This document shows, piece by piece, positions 1 through 13,439 of a stretch of 64,000 nucleotides of DNA. A program made the translations under genes and the position numbers. The stretch comes from Selaginella moellendorffii. Its lineage: Eukaryota > Plantae > Lycopodiophyta. A model generated the notes under the pieces. That model was given only the letters and a program-made list of their open reading frames with translations. It was not told the DNA's origin and searched no databases. The stretch covers positions 2,236,597 through 2,300,596 of the forward strand of contig NW_003314273.1 in NCBI RefSeq assembly GCF_000143415.4. The letters run 5' to 3'. How positions within the stretch are numbered: the stretch's first letter is position 1; each line of letters starts with the position of its first letter.

Positions 1-298
1 TGGATCGCAGACATCACACTCAACGAAGATGGCAAACGGAGGATTAGGATTCGTCAGCTAATGGTGCTCCTCTTTTACCAAGCTCAGTGTTCACAGCCCA
101 TTCTCACATGACAATTCCACAATCGTCACGCATCGCAAGTGCCAGCACCCTTCCTGGAAAAGACAATTCGTTCGAGTGAAAGTGAGCCAATGACGAGAAC
201 TTATTCTCTCCACTTTTTTTTCTCTTTGCTGTGTGTGCCAAAAGAAGAGACATACCAATGCCAGTGATGAGGACGCAGGAGCCACCTCCAACCTTCAT
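1..298 (-). pseudogene. SDR (ARP/NQR N-terminal-like) pseudogene fragment, copy 1; runs off the left edge
   Basis: Near-identical to exons 1-2 of the gene at 20707-21889. Exon 1 reads MKVGGGSCVLITGI, with a 12-nt deletion in the TGxxxGIG motif. Exon 2 has further deletions. Upstream ~300-450 is also homologous to ~21890-22040. Confidence 0.8.
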
Positions 299-469
299 CT
301 TCTGCTTGTTCAAGAACGCATTATAGACGTTTTCAAAAGAAAGGTATAAGCTACCTGGATTTGAGGATTTCAATTTTTGCCAGCCAGCTTTCTCGATAAT
401 GACATGCTCTCAGGAAAATTGGTGTTTAAAGGGAAGGATGATGTGATGTAGAACACTAGCCCAGCCTCC

Positions 470-960
470 ACATTTTCTGGTTTCAGTTGTTTGTCGTTCC
501 ATCTCCTTTGAAATTGTGCCAAGACATCCCAATGTATCGTTGTCCAAGTTTTTATAAATGTTTCTTTTTGCTTTCACATAATCAAGCCTGATGTTTGGAT
601 CGCCTCAATGATGGCAGCCCAAGGGACACCAACAAAGGAAGGAGCAAAAGTCGTGGAGGAGGATGTAAGAGCCAGTAGAAGAAGAATGTAATAGTTGAGG
701 TGTTCAGGGAGACATGCACGCAAAGGGAGGCTTAGGAGGCTTGTGTTCCTTAGCTTGCGTGTTGCGGCTTCCATCTATTTGCAACTTCCACAGGTGAGGC
801 ATTGGGCCCTAGAGTGGACATTCCATGGCTGCTGACTTCCCAAATTGAGGGAAGCGATCGTTGGTGAGGAAGGGACCATCATGTCTAAACACACCATATC
901 ACCTTTGCTTCCATGCTGTTCACAAGGTTCCCCCTAAGTGGGAGGCAATAAGTCATCCGT
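470..960 (-). mobile_element. Possible degenerate non-LTR (LINE) ORF2 remnant
   Basis: Broken reading frames; RKLRNTSLLSLPLRACL..LNYYIL resembles the L1 post-RT 'LSLAGRxxLIxSVL' region. Weak motif evidence only. Confidence 0.3.
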
Positions 961-994
961 CCTCGTCCTCCTGGACAGTCCTGGAGGAGCCATC

Positions 995-1481
995 ATGAAT
1001 CTTGCTTCGCGTGTGCATTCGATGGCTGCCATGAGGTTCATGCTCAAGACCTTACGCCATTTGCTCACGAAGTCCCCCTGCTCGACATGACGCACGCATC
1101 CAGTCTCAAGAATGTTTTGTGACTTGCTCTACAGGATATAAATGTTTTTAAAAACAAGAAAAGGAATGCTGAAAGTGTCTCTTGACCTGGATCGCGGACA
1201 TCACACTCGATGAATATGGCAAAGGGAGAATTCAGATTTTTCAGCTTTTGGTGCTCCTCCTTCACCAAGCTCAGAGTTCGCATCCCATTCTCACGTGACA
1301 AATCCACAATCGTGATGTTTGCACCACCAGCGCCCTCCCTGGAAAAGCTAATTAAAGTGCTTTCCAGACGAGAAATTCTTATCTCTCTTCTTTCTCTTTT
1401 TCTGTGTGTGCCAATGAAGAGACATACCAATGCCAGATCCAGAGCCAGTGATGAGGACGCAAGAGCCCCCTCAGACATTCA
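995..1481 (-). pseudogene. SDR pseudogene fragment, copy 2 (exons 1-3)
   Basis: Homologous to ~21345-21889. ATG AAT GTC TGA puts a stop at codon 4; there are internal deletions. The upstream flank (1482-~1800) matches ~21890-22220. Confidence 0.8.
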
Positions 1482-2087
1482 TCTTCACCTCGTCTTGTAA
1501 TTCAAGAACACATTATAGACATTTTTAAAAGAAGGCTATAAGCTGCCTGGGATTGAGGATTTCACAAGTTTTGCCAGCCACTTACTCGATAATGACATGC
1601 TCTTAGGAATATAGTCATTGGTGCTTAGGGAAGGATGATGATCTGGAACACTATGATCACCGTGAGAGAAGCATGCTTAGAATGCCCCACCAGGATCAAC
1701 GAGACAATTGTGTCAGGCACGATTTCTTGCGTGAAGATTTTTTCCAGAGAATCCCACGTGAGATGATGATCCTTGACACCCTGCTTGTTCAGACAACAAC
1801 AAATTTTGACTTATGCTGATGATTATTTTAATAAAATAATGATTAGTACAGCTAATTTTAAATCTGTTGCCAGTTAGAGCATAATTAAATTTATAAAAAA
1901 ATTAATGATGGCGGGAATGAATTCAAAAAAAGATTAAGTTTTAATCTTTATTAATACTAATTTTGAATTTGACTGATATTTAGCGAGAGCATTCACCGCC
2001 ACTCTGCCATGCTTCAACTTGATACGCTCAAGACGTTCGCACAATAGATACTAATACTACAATTAATACTAAAATGATATTAATACT

Positions 2088-2260
2088 GGTATTAACTTGG
2101 GCCACGCAGGAGAGAGCTCAGGTAGACATTGATCGCGATGATAGCCAAGACTCGGCAGTGGTGAAATGAAAGTGCCAAACATCTCTTTCTTAGGTCTTGT
2201 ATTCTCTTCTCTCTCGCACCTGGATTTGCCAGTCTTGGGAATGGTTACCAAGGCCACGGA
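2088..2260 (+). repeat. Dispersed duplicated segment, inverted copy at ~14075-14235
   Basis: Shared blocks such as aagtgccaaacatctctttctt(a/c)ggtcttgt and ctctcgcacc match the reverse complement of 14075-14235. Confidence 0.7.
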
Positions 2261-5200
2261 GGTCCGCCGACATCTGCAAACCTTGTAAACAAACAAGTTC
2301 TTTCGCGCTCGTCCTTTCCCAAGCTCGGTCTTGTCGCCATCTCTTTTCCCACTCGCTCGCGGCCTGACCCTTACCACCATTCTCCCTTTTACTTCAGAAC
2401 CTTGATCTAAATTGGTAAAACTATCATCGGCTGCGTGGCTTGAGCGGGCTCTCTGTCCTCTTTGAGAAAATGGTACCTGGAAATGTTGTAAACTTGTGAA
2501 TACATGTAGTGCCTAGAGTTGGCCTGGAAACCAATACAGCAAACTCGTCAGAGAAGAACAAGAGAAGCAGCAAACTTACATTTCTAAAGTTGGAGGATAG
2601 AGCTCCTCAGGTGTCTGGTAGTTCTTACCATGCACCGTCCTGTCTTCAAGGACGTCGCGTGGTACAAGTCGGCCCCTCCGACTTGTACCACAAGCTCAAA
2701 CGTCAGCCGGAAGCAGCCACGCCCGCCGCCTCGAGCGTCGAGAACAACAACGACGACAACGGTACGTCGAGGGAGAAACACGAGCCTCTTACTTAAAAGA
2801 GGCGGCACGGGTGGAAGGACAACTCAGAGTCAGCGGCGGAGGAAAGGAGGGGACGAGGAGGAAACAAGTGCTAGGAACAGCTCGGCGGACAAGGCACACT
2901 ACTTCTACGGCAAAGGGGACTTCTCGCAAGGACCATCTTGATCGAGCAGGGGAAGAGGATTAGTTTTGGGAGATTCTTACAACGGGGCGAGCAGCACAGA
3001 GAAAGAAGATCGCGCGGAATAACAAAACCAGAGATGGTCACACACACACACAAGAAAAAGAATTTGTTTTTGGGGAACTTGGGCTGCAAAAAGAGTCGCT
3101 TCGATCGAACGAGATGGTCTGGTGGCGAGCGAATTGTACAGGGAGGGGGATTGTCCATACAGGAGGAATGGAATTCCACATACACGAAAGCTTGTATTTC
3201 TTGACAATCCCCGTCGACAAAAATCCTATTTTTTGGTCTTGTTCTTGTCAAGCCAGGCGTTGATCTTTTCTTCGGTTGGAGAGAGCGTCTTGTTCTTGGT
3301 GGTACGCTGAAAAAACACGAAGAACTTGAGTATGGAATCGAGTTTTTCATACCTTGATGTATTCGAAGTAGTCTGTGTAGTTGCGTTTGTAGTAGCTTTC
3401 CAGCCTCTAAATCACAAGAATGTGAGTGATCTTATCAAGAGAACTTACTTCTCTATCGTTCTTCTCTTTGTTGGCTTTACTTCTTTCCAGGAGCTCTGCC
3501 AGTGGCAAACAAGATTTGCTCCAACTGATAAGATGCTGTGGCACTTACTTTGGACGAATTCGTTCTTCTCCGCTGGTGGCGGGCCTTGCGGAAGAATCGC
3601 CGCGGCGGCGCAAGAAGAATTTAATGCCACTCCAAAGCCACAAATCGAAGCCACCATTTCTCTTCTAGAACACAAGCAGCCATGGCAGATTGCCGCCATG
3701 GAAGAATTCTTGGTGCTAGGGAAAGCTATCTGCAATTATATTACACTGAGAGTTATCAGAGATTGTGTAACTTTAATCAATGGTCATAGGAAGGATCTCG
3801 CGCATACAGGCGTCCAGAGAGGTCCCTGCCAATGGACTTGGAACTTGATGGAATGAATGCGGCATCTGTGCGTCTGACAATCTTCTTCTTGAAAATTGAG
3901 CTTTTGCATAGAACCCAAATGATGCCCGGGTGTTTAGGTTTGCCACGTGGTACCCTCCCAATTAAAGCATAGCATATTCAATACCCGCATATGGCATAGG
4001 ATCCCCTCTGCTACATGAGGCTGCAGATCCCAGCCCAAGGCCACCATTTTATTAAATGGTCTTAGGCTTACATTCCATTGCAAAAGTTGAAGGTATACAT
4101 TATTCTAAGCACTTTAGTCTGATGAACTATGGAAATAAAAAGGAAATATTGTCAATTTCCAAAGGTATGGGCTTATGAGAGGTTTAGCTCTTTCATGGAT
4201 TAATCTTACAGTGACAATATGTTCAAAAGAAGTTTGTGAGTTTTTAAAACAACTTTCAATCTTCTTTGTGAAATACTTTTTAAGTAGTTGTTTATTGAAG
4301 ATATAGGCTTTGAAGGGCTATTCTAGTAAAGACTAAGGTTACGATTGCTTTGACAAGGTATGGTGCTACTGTATAATGAGTTAGTTTATAATTTTGTAAA
4401 GCAATTAACATTGAGTTTAGCAAGTTTTATATAAAATAGTCTTATGCTGATTATATGCAATTATAAGTAACCAAAGAGAAAAATTTGAAAAGTGATCCAT
4501 AAGGGTTCAAATATAGAAGGAAAGGGCCTATGAACAAAAGTGCAAAAGCCTTGGGAAACGTTCTTAGATTTGAATAATAGTAGGTTGGGTGACTTCCCAA
4601 GAAATCCAAATTAAAAACTTACATTTAGTATTAAAAGGGTTTTAAGTTGAACTCTGTTAGTCAGCTAAAAGAATCACACTATATGTTGAGATTGATATCC
4701 TGTACATCCAATTTGCCTATAATTGAGTTTGATACGAAGGATATAATGTCAAAAAAATGGGGCTCTCAAAAAAGCTATGGCTCTCAACTTTTGTTCAATT
4801 TTATTTAGAAGCTAAAAGGGATATTATGTATAACTGGAGCAATTGAGCATTCCTAAGTGGCAGTCATTCCAAGAGAGCCTATGTTAAGGCTAGAGAAAAA
4901 TAAATTGTAAGCAACCAAAGGAAATGACTCGAAAAACGATCTATAAAGGTTCAAATATAGAGGAAAAGAGCCGATAAGCACCCCCTTTTTCAATTGGTTA
5001 AGGGTATTAGGATATTTGGGGTTAAACATCCTTGTCTTAGGTCTGATTTTGTTGGTTGGGTTAAGGGAATTGCACCACGTGTTAATTGACATTTAGCAAG
5101 TTTAATTTGCTCCAGCTGGGCTTGACCTAAGGGGTAGGGTGTGTATAGCACACTTTATCTCTCTCCCCTTAAACCAATTAGAAAAGGGGCAATTGTTTGA

Positions 5201-5349
5201 TGAGAGGGTTCTTAATAGCTATTTTATCCCCATTTATTTTCCAAAGTTCCAAAAATCCACGGTGACAGTATATCCAAATCTCATCCCATAATCACATGTG
5301 CTACACTCACCCCTCCTTTAGAGATGTCAATGTCCTATTGAACAAAGGG

Positions 5350-6180
5350 GAACCAACACCTCCATTTCTACACTGAATTTACCAATCCTTTCATTGTGTA
5401 AATTAGCTATTCCATGTGAGGCAACTAGTTATCCACCCATGCCACAATCCCATAGCAGATACTTTCGTTTATAGGTACTCTACACAAGAGGAAAAATGTA
5501 CATATGGATGCTTAATACGTACAATTTCAAATTTAAGGGTAAAAAGTAGAACAAGGGGAAGCAACACCTCCATTTCCCCATTGAATCTACCAATCCTTCC
5601 ATTCGTAATCCCACAGTGGATACCTTTGTCTATGGATACTCCACACAAGAGGAAGGACATATGCATGGATGCTTAATACATACAATTTCAAATTTAAGGG
5701 TAGGAAGTAGGATAAAGGGAACTAACACCTCCATTTCCCCATTGAATCTACCAATTCTTCTATTTGCAGTCCCACGGTGGATACCTTCGTCTATGGATAC
5801 TCCATACAAGAGGAAAGACATATGTATGGATGTTTAATATGTACAATTTCAAATTTAAAGGTAGGAAGTAGGATAAAAGGAACCAACACTTCCATTTCCG
5901 CACTGAATTTTACCAATCTTTCCATTGTGTAAACTAGCTATTCCATGTGAGGCAACTAGTTATCCACCCGTACCGCAGTCCCAACCAACACCTCCATTTC
6001 TGCACTAAATTTACCAGTCCTTCTATTGTGTAAACCAACTATTCCATGTGAGGCAATTAATTATCCACCCGTACCGCAGTCCCACGGTGGATACCTTTGT
6101 CCATGGGTACTCCATACAAGAGAAAGGACGTACGTATGGATTGCCTAATATGTACGATTTCAAATTTAAGAGTAGGAATA
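5350..6180 (+). repeat. Tandem repeat, ~161-bp unit (3-4 degenerate copies)
   Basis: acaagagga...atggatg.ttaata..tacaatttcaaatttaag recurs at ~5483, 5644, 5805 and, after an insertion, ~6115. Confidence 0.8.
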
Positions 6181-6427
6181 TACCTTACTTAAGGGTATAT
6201 TATATTTTTAAGTAGCCACTAATCAATAAAAATCGAACCTGTGCCATTTGCTCCAATACCACATATAGTGCACCTTATCTCTCTCCCCTTAAGCCAATTG
6301 GAAAAGGGGCAATTGCTTAATGAGAGAGACTTTAGTGGTTATTTTATCCCCATTTATCCCCCAAGGTTCCAAGGATCCACGGTGACAGTATATTTAAATC
6401 TTATCCCATGATCACATGCGCTACAAG

Positions 6428-7045
6428 CTCTCAGCTTTCGTTCATGAGGGCGTGAATTTGCAAGGAAGTGTGGTGAATTGTAAAAAACCAAGGGAACGAC
6501 TCGAGAGATGATCTATAGGGGTTCAAATATAGAAGAAAAGGGCCCATGAACAAAAATGTACCCCCTTTTCCAATTGGTTAAGGGTTTTAGGATATTTAGG
6601 GTTAAATGTCCTTTGGTTTGAATAGTACTAGGCTGGAAAGTCTAAATTCAGGAGCTTACACAAGTTTGCATTCTAATTCTAAATTATATTCTTTGCAAGA
6701 TGTTTGTGTAAGTTTTTGAATTTGGACTTCCAAGAAGTTACCCAATTTAGTACTGTTTAACAAGAAAGTTTTACTCTGTTATTCTATAAATTATACTTTT
6801 TGCAAAATACTTATATAAGTTCTTGAATTTTGGAAAGTCATTAGCCCAATACTATTTAAAACCCAAGGACACCCCAAATAACTAATTGGAAAAGAGGGTG
6901 CATTTTTACTTATGGGCCCTTTTCTTTTATATTTGAATCTTTATAGATCGTCTCTCAAATCAATCCCTTTAGTTACTTATAATTTATTATATTTCCCTAC
7001 AAATTCATGCCCTCGTGAATGAAAGCTGAGAATCACAACTCTTCT
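6428..7045. mobile_element. Foldback / long-TIR non-autonomous element
   Basis: Arms ~6428-6670 and ~6800-7032 are imperfect inverted repeats (ctctcagctttcgttcatgagggcgtgaatttg ... caaattcatgccctcgtgaatgaaagctgaga). The same arm sequence recurs at ~58490-58750. Confidence 0.65.
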
Positions 7046-8186
7046 TAAAGCCTTGCTCTCTTAACAACCAAGAAACCCTATCTCTCTCCTCTTAAACTAA
7101 TTGGAAAAGGGGCAATTACTTGATGAGAGAGCCCTTAGTAATTATTTTATCCCTATTAATCCCCCAAGATACCAAAAATCCACAGTGACAGTAAATCACA
7201 TGATCATACACATTATACTCACCCCCCCTTCAGAGATGTTAATGTTCTCATTGATTAGTGAGGACATATTAAGCGAAGAGGAGCCAACACCTATATTTTT
7301 GGATTTAATCTATCAATCCTATTTGTAGATGAATTATTTTTTGATACCAATGTTATGATCTAGCGCAAAAAGACAAAGATCTAGCCAAGCTACCTCAAAA
7401 GCTCCATTGCGCTGCTGTTCCATTATGAGCCCTAGGGTAGGGTAATTGTGTAACCAACACCTTCTTTATCAATCATTCCATTGTGTAGATTAGCTATTCC
7501 ATGTGAAGTAACTAGTCATCTTACATCCTACATTGTGTAAACTAGCTATTCCATGAGGCAATTAATCATTCTACTAATGAGTCAACCTTCATTTTCAGAT
7601 TGAATTTACCAATCCTTCCATTGTGTAGATTAACCATTCCATGTGGTCATCCTACATTCTACATTGCATAAACCAATTATTCCATGAGGCAATTAATCAT
7701 TCTATTGATAAGTCAACTTCTATTTCCCGACTGAATCTACCAATCTTTCCATTTTGTAGATTAGTTATTCCATATGATACAACTAGTCATTATATTGATG
7801 AGTCAACCTATACATATGATGTTATTCTGTTTCAATTTTAAGGGTAAGAATATATACTTTGCTCAAAGGTATATTATATTTTAAGTAGCCACTAATCAAT
7901 GGGAATTGAACGTATGTCATTTACTCTAATACCATATATAGCGCATCTATTTTATCCTCCAAGATTCTAAGGATCCATGATGACGGTATATCCAAATCTC
8001 ATCCCATAATCACATGCATTATAGGATTTAAGACTTGTTTGATACTAAATGTAAGCTTCTGAATTTAAACTTCTCAAAAAGTCACCTAGCACAGTATTGA
8101 ATGCATTTTTATTCACAAAACTTTTCTCTCTATATTTGAATTTTTATAAATTATTTCTCAAGTCATTCTTTTTGATTGCTTATAGC

Positions 8187-8555
8187 TTGATTTGGGATTT
8201 TCATTTACATGGGTGGTAGTTGTTATAATTGGTCAGAAAGATATGTTAGTAGGAGATACAAATTATCCACCACGCCCATATATATTTAGTCCATATAAGG
8301 GATTGAAATACAAGTTAAAAAAATGTTAATAAAATTAGAACTTCAACCACAAGAATAGCAGTGGAAAGAGTTTTTGGCATGTTAAAATCAAAGTAATTTT
8401 ACTTTATATTATATCTAAAGATGATTATTTTGTTGCCTTTTGTTATTAGATTTTGAATTCTCTTAAAATGAAATGATTCAAGACTTGACAATATCAAATA
8501 TCACATCACTATATGTTATATCTTACACAATATATGTATAAATCATAGTGATAGT
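8187..8555 (+). mobile_element. Degenerate PIF/Harbinger transposase (DDE_Tnp_4, HARBI1-like) fragment
   Basis: Manual translation gives LIWDFHLHGW*, LVGDTNYPPRPYIFSPY, TSTTRIAVERVFGMLKSK and ITICYILHNIC. These match the Harbinger motifs GWPGS, GDxxYP, RxxVERAFGxLKxR and CCxLHN, with stops and frameshifts. Confidence 0.8.
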
Positions 8556-9939
8556 TTTGATCTTTTATAGATTAATCAAGTTGAAGAGTTGATGAGTCAA
8601 TTTAATCTGAGAAGGAAACATTAGAATGCATTCAGTCACTTGAAACACAAAGTGTCAAAGAAATCAATTATGCATAGTATATAAACTATATCAAATCAAA
8701 GCAATAGATGTCAGAGATAAATTATAATGTGCACATGCACTAGATGGCTTTAATCAACTTAAAGCTAATGGAATTCAACGAAAAAAAAGCATAAAGAAAT
8801 GTGAAATATTGTGATGCTCAAGCATAAATATTATTCCAAATTTGAGCAAAAGAACTTGTCCATGATTAATTTCAAAGAGAGATTGATTCTTAAAAAGATG
8901 AAGATTAAATTAGTTTGCTAGTACAATAAAAAAAATTAAAACATCTCAAAACTTTCACTAGAGTATGAAAGGAAGTTTATATAACTTGAGATAATTGCTC
9001 TATATAACTAATGATCTTTGTTTTAGTGTTCATGATGATCTCAATCAATAAATTATTACTATCATTTTCCTTCTTCACCTTCTTGCATCAAACATTTGGT
9101 CATATAGTATTGTCTTGCTTTATGTCATCTATAATAACAATAATAGTAGCAGTAAAAGTAGTAATACTCTACTCCACATTCACCACCTCCAATGACTTTT
9201 AAATAAAACCAGTATGAACAACTTTCTTCACTTGAGGTTTCTTTAAGAAATGTTCCTTTATTGCATCATTAAATTTATATTTATCAGATCTGTATGTTTT
9301 AAAAATAAAAATCAAATAAAAAGGATATTGTCAAAAGGAAAAAAACCTTAACTACCACTTCTAGAGAGTTGTTGTGAATTTTATCTTCTACATACTCTTT
9401 CCACATTTACTTTAGCTTATTTATATAAGCTATAGAATCTTTGTTAAAGTTTAGACAAACACTCATAAGCATAACAAGTAATTTGTCTTAAATATCTACT
9501 TGGACTTTTTGAATTTATTTTTTATTTAAAATTTAATATAAATTAATTGTAACACTTAATGATCCTTTTACTTAACCCATTTCCTTTTTTTTTCCTTCAC
9601 TTCTTCTTTATTTATCTCCTCTTACACCATATTTCTTTTCTTTCCTTGCCTCTTCTTTTTTACAGTTAGATGTTTTGGAATTAAATTGCTTGGAGTTGGA
9701 TGGATTAAAGTTGGTTGGTTTAAATTTTGAAAACTTAGAGTTGGATGACTTAAAATTTGAAAGTTTGGAGTTGAAAGGAATGTTATGGTTTGCAGTGGCA
9801 AAAAATATAAAAATAAAAATATTTGACATAAAAGGAAGATGAGAAAACATAAAGGGATTAAGAATTTGAGAGAATAATATTGGATTAAATGGAAAAATCT
9901 ATTTAGGATATAGTTGGAATATGTATGCCATAAATCTTT

Positions 9940-11830
9940 CCTTTCCAATTTATTAGTTTATCTTATTTATCTGACCACCACTACCTTGGTATTAATTATG
10001 TTCCTTTACTAAGGTTTTTAGCTATTATACCAACTCCTACTTTGTCTTACTTAATTTAACTACTTACTGTACAAGCAACAGAGTGTTAGCCATTCATCCA
10101 CGGATTCCCAAATTTTCTCCTAATCCTCCTTCCTAGGTTATATTGGACTTAAGGTTTGGATACATTTTGTAAACAATTAAATTTTCCATTCTACTTTAAT
10201 CACTCAACCCCACTTCTGACAACTTGGAGGAGTCTCATTCACAACCTCCATAAGTTCAATTCATGACTTAGGATTTGCTAGCCTTGAGAATGACATTTAT
10301 GCCACTCAACCTTTGCACTTAGTCCAAGTGCTCCACGTGTCCGATCCTATGACCGACACTCTAAGGTACCACCGACATATCAACCCATTACACTAATGCC
10401 ATGCCCATTCACCTTGATCATACCGGTGGTTCAATACACCTACATCACAGTCTTATCACTCAAAGACTAGGCCATTCGTCCATGGTTGTGGCCCTATGCG
10501 AGCCGCTTATGTATTATCCCCACTTTCCACCTTTGGGTGCTCTAGCCATGGGCGTAGAGTGAGGTTTTGTTGAGCCATACCAGGTATCCAAATAGGTAGT
10601 GCCACCCACACTTGGACTAGGAGTATCGACCATTCAATCTCCTAAGGGAACTAAAGCCGGCTCTTGAACACTTCACTAAACTACCCCATTTGTTAGTCTG
10701 TATTCACTCTAGTTTTGGATTTCCCAATGGTTATCCCATCACCCAACATCTGGGTATAGCTTTCTTAGGCCAAACTAGCCTTTCCTAACTAAACTAGCTC
10801 CACTGGGGTCCAACCCCCACACTCTCTCTACTATACTTTTGAAATCCCTTGTAGCCCCCTTTGAAATCCCTTGTAGAGACTCACTTATTGCTTACTTCAT
10901 GTTCATTCCTTTAGCACTTTGTTAGGAGTTCCACTCCTGGTCTTGACTTTTCGAGTTAGCACTTTTAATCCAAATGTGCTAAGCTCATTTGGCCTCCACC
11001 TCATCCATTACCACATGGCACCCTTTTGGCTTCTCTTTGGGGCCTAGGGATTTTGTGTCTCACACACTCCTTATAAGCATAAGTAGCCAAACACACCAAA
11101 CCTCCAGATTTCTAACATCTTTTGGTATAGCAAAACTTGATTATGGAACCTTTTAAATCTTAAACATTAGATGCATGTCTTACTTTGAGACCCTGAGAGA
11201 AACATTATGCCCTAACAACTTGATAATACCCCTACTCCCCCACTTCCATCTCAAAGGGAAGGCCCAAGCCCCACATAGAAGTAAGGATCAATGAGCTACA
11301 TGGTATTCAAGTAGGGCATTATTCCACATAAGTCAGAAGCATTGTAATTGGTTTCCCTTTAGGGAGTGGGAGTTGCTCTTGAGCATTTCCTTGGGTGGCT
11401 TCTATAGCACTACCAAAGTCTGTGTTCACTCCCACCCAAGGCCTTTAACCCCTCAGTCCCAACATCAAATTAGTTTAGAAGCACTATTGGGAAGTCCTTT
11501 CAAAACTTATTTTTGAACCTCACTATCCCTATTATACTTTTAAAACCCCCTACATCCCCCCCCTTTGCCACCCCCCCCCCCCCCCAAGAGATGATCTCTT
11601 TAAGGTTTCACCCCATAATTTGTATTAGAATTTGGACTTGGACTTGAACTCCATCTTGAACTTGATCTCGGACTCAACCTTGAACTCGGTCTCGGACTCA
11701 ATTTCAAACTCAATCTCAAACCCGATCTCAGATTTCAAACTTAGTCTCAAACTCGGTCTTGAACTCGGTCTTAGACTCAATCTTGATTTCAAGATCCTTT
11801 AGCTTTTGACGTCTCAAAGAGTTTTATTCT
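9940..11830 (+). repeat. Degenerate TE-like unit, copy A (ends in poly-C tract plus 12-bp periodic array)
   Basis: Colinear with 11980-12980 (e.g. cccacttccatc.caaagggaaggc, ggagtgggagttgctcttgagca). It has ~0.9 kb (about 10170-11080) that copy B lacks. Confidence 0.7.
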
Positions 11831-11979
11831 TTATAAAATGGAAGATGAAACATATCTTGTGGTGACCATTCTATAATATTTTGATCCTTTTGAAATTTCT
11901 TCTTCATTCTTCCACCATAACCTTTAAAACCATAGTATGTTAGGCAAAATAAAGTGCCTGTAAGTGACAAACTTTTCCT

Positions 11980-12980
11980 TTCCAATTTGCCAAATACCTC
12001 ATTTATCTAATTAACACTACCTTGGCCTTAGTTAAGTTCCTTCGCCAAGGTTTCTGCCTATTATACTAGCTCCTACTTGGTTCTACTTAGTTTCAGCTAC
12101 TCATTGCACGAGCAATAAAGCATTAGCCATCTATCCACAGATTCCCAAATCTCTCCCAATCCCCCTCCCCGGGTTAAACTAGATTTAAGGTTTAGCTGCA
12201 CTCCCCGCAGGCACAAGCAGCCAAGCACACCAAGCCACTAAGTTTTTAACATCCCTTAGTACAACAAAACTTGATTATAAAACCCTCTAAATCCTAAGCC
12301 TTGGGTGTAACATTTGCTTTGGGACACCAAGGGGGGGAACACCATAGTTTAACGGCCTAGTATAGGTATTTTTACTCCCCCACTTCCATCCCGAAGGGAA
12401 GGCTCAAGCCTCTAGGAAGGGTGAGGACTAATGAGCCACAAGGTACTCAAGTGGGGCACCACTCCATATAAGCCAAAAGCATCACAATTAATTTCCCTTC
12501 TGGGAGTGGGAGTTGCTCTTGAGCACTTCCTTGGGTGGCCCTTTTAACACCACTTAAGTCTATGCTCACTCTCACCCAAGCCCCTTACCCTTAATCTCAA
12601 CTTATAGTCAGTTTGGAAGTACCATCCTAGATCTCACTATCCCTACCCTATTATACTTTTGGAGCCCCCTACAGCCCCCCCCCCCCCAACACACACTTCA
12701 AACTCGACTTCAAACTCAGTCTCGGACTTGATTTTAGACTCAATCTTGGACCCAACCTCGGACTCGATATAGAATTCAGTCTTGGACCCAATATTGGATC
12801 TCAGACTCAGTCTTGAACTCAGTCTTGGAATCGGTCTTAGACTCAATCTTGGACTCGGTCTTGAACTTGGTCTTAAAGTCGGTTTCGGACTCAATCTCAT
12901 TTAATAAATTCTTTATCATTTTGGTCATGCTTTTAGAGATCCTTTAACCTTCGACACCTCAAGAGTTGATTTTTTATAGT
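11980..12980 (+). repeat. Degenerate TE-like unit, copy B (internally deleted direct repeat of copy A)
   Basis: Same ordered blocks as 9940-11830, including the C-tract (12675-12687) and 12-bp repeats (12700-12897). Confidence 0.7.
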
Positions 12981-13439
12981 GCACTAAAAAAAGGTGCTAC
13001 AAAATGTCTTCTAATTTGAATGTTGACTCACCCTTTCTAATGTTATAGTTATTACAAGTGGTGAGTTAGCACTCAAATTGAAAATTTTCCTACCAGCCCA
13101 AAGTGTTTTAAAATAATTTTTTTAGAGATTTAAACTCTTTTCTTTTCTCAATCTTTTTCATTCAATACTAAGCAAACTAGTTTTCTGTGCTAATATCCTC
13201 AGAAACAGAAAACCAAAAGCTGCTTCTTGTTTTTAGTTTTAAGAAAATGGAGGCCTTTGGGCTCTTGGCTGTGGGGGATCAGCCCAAAGAGACCGCAGCC
13301 TCATGTAGCAGAGGGAATCCTACACTACATGCCCCAGTAACCGGGTATTTAAATGTGCTATGCTTCACAACTGCACAAACCCCTGCTTATATAGACTTGG
13401 GAGGGCTTGATTCCAGATCTCGGCATGTGGGATAATGTA

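Larger units (their letters stand above)
4470..8160. repeat. AT-rich modular repeat array (non-autonomous DNA-transposon debris)
   Basis: Module aagggttcaaatatagaaggaaagggcc occurs at ~4501, 4946, 6518 (+) and ~6915-6945, ~8120 (-), and again at ~58201 and 58589. Module ctctcccttaaaccaatt..gaaaaggggcaatt..ccacggtgacagta occurs at ~5160, 6280, 7085 and partially at ~7950. Confidence 0.8.

Noticed and set aside
2400-3900. Coding-like segments, including the 176-aa ORF at 3326-3856
   Set aside because: Probably a decayed spliced gene, but no family was recognisable and no consistent model could be built.
12643-12900. 85-aa RLS/PRL-repeat ORF
   Set aside because: Artefact of the 12-bp repeat array.
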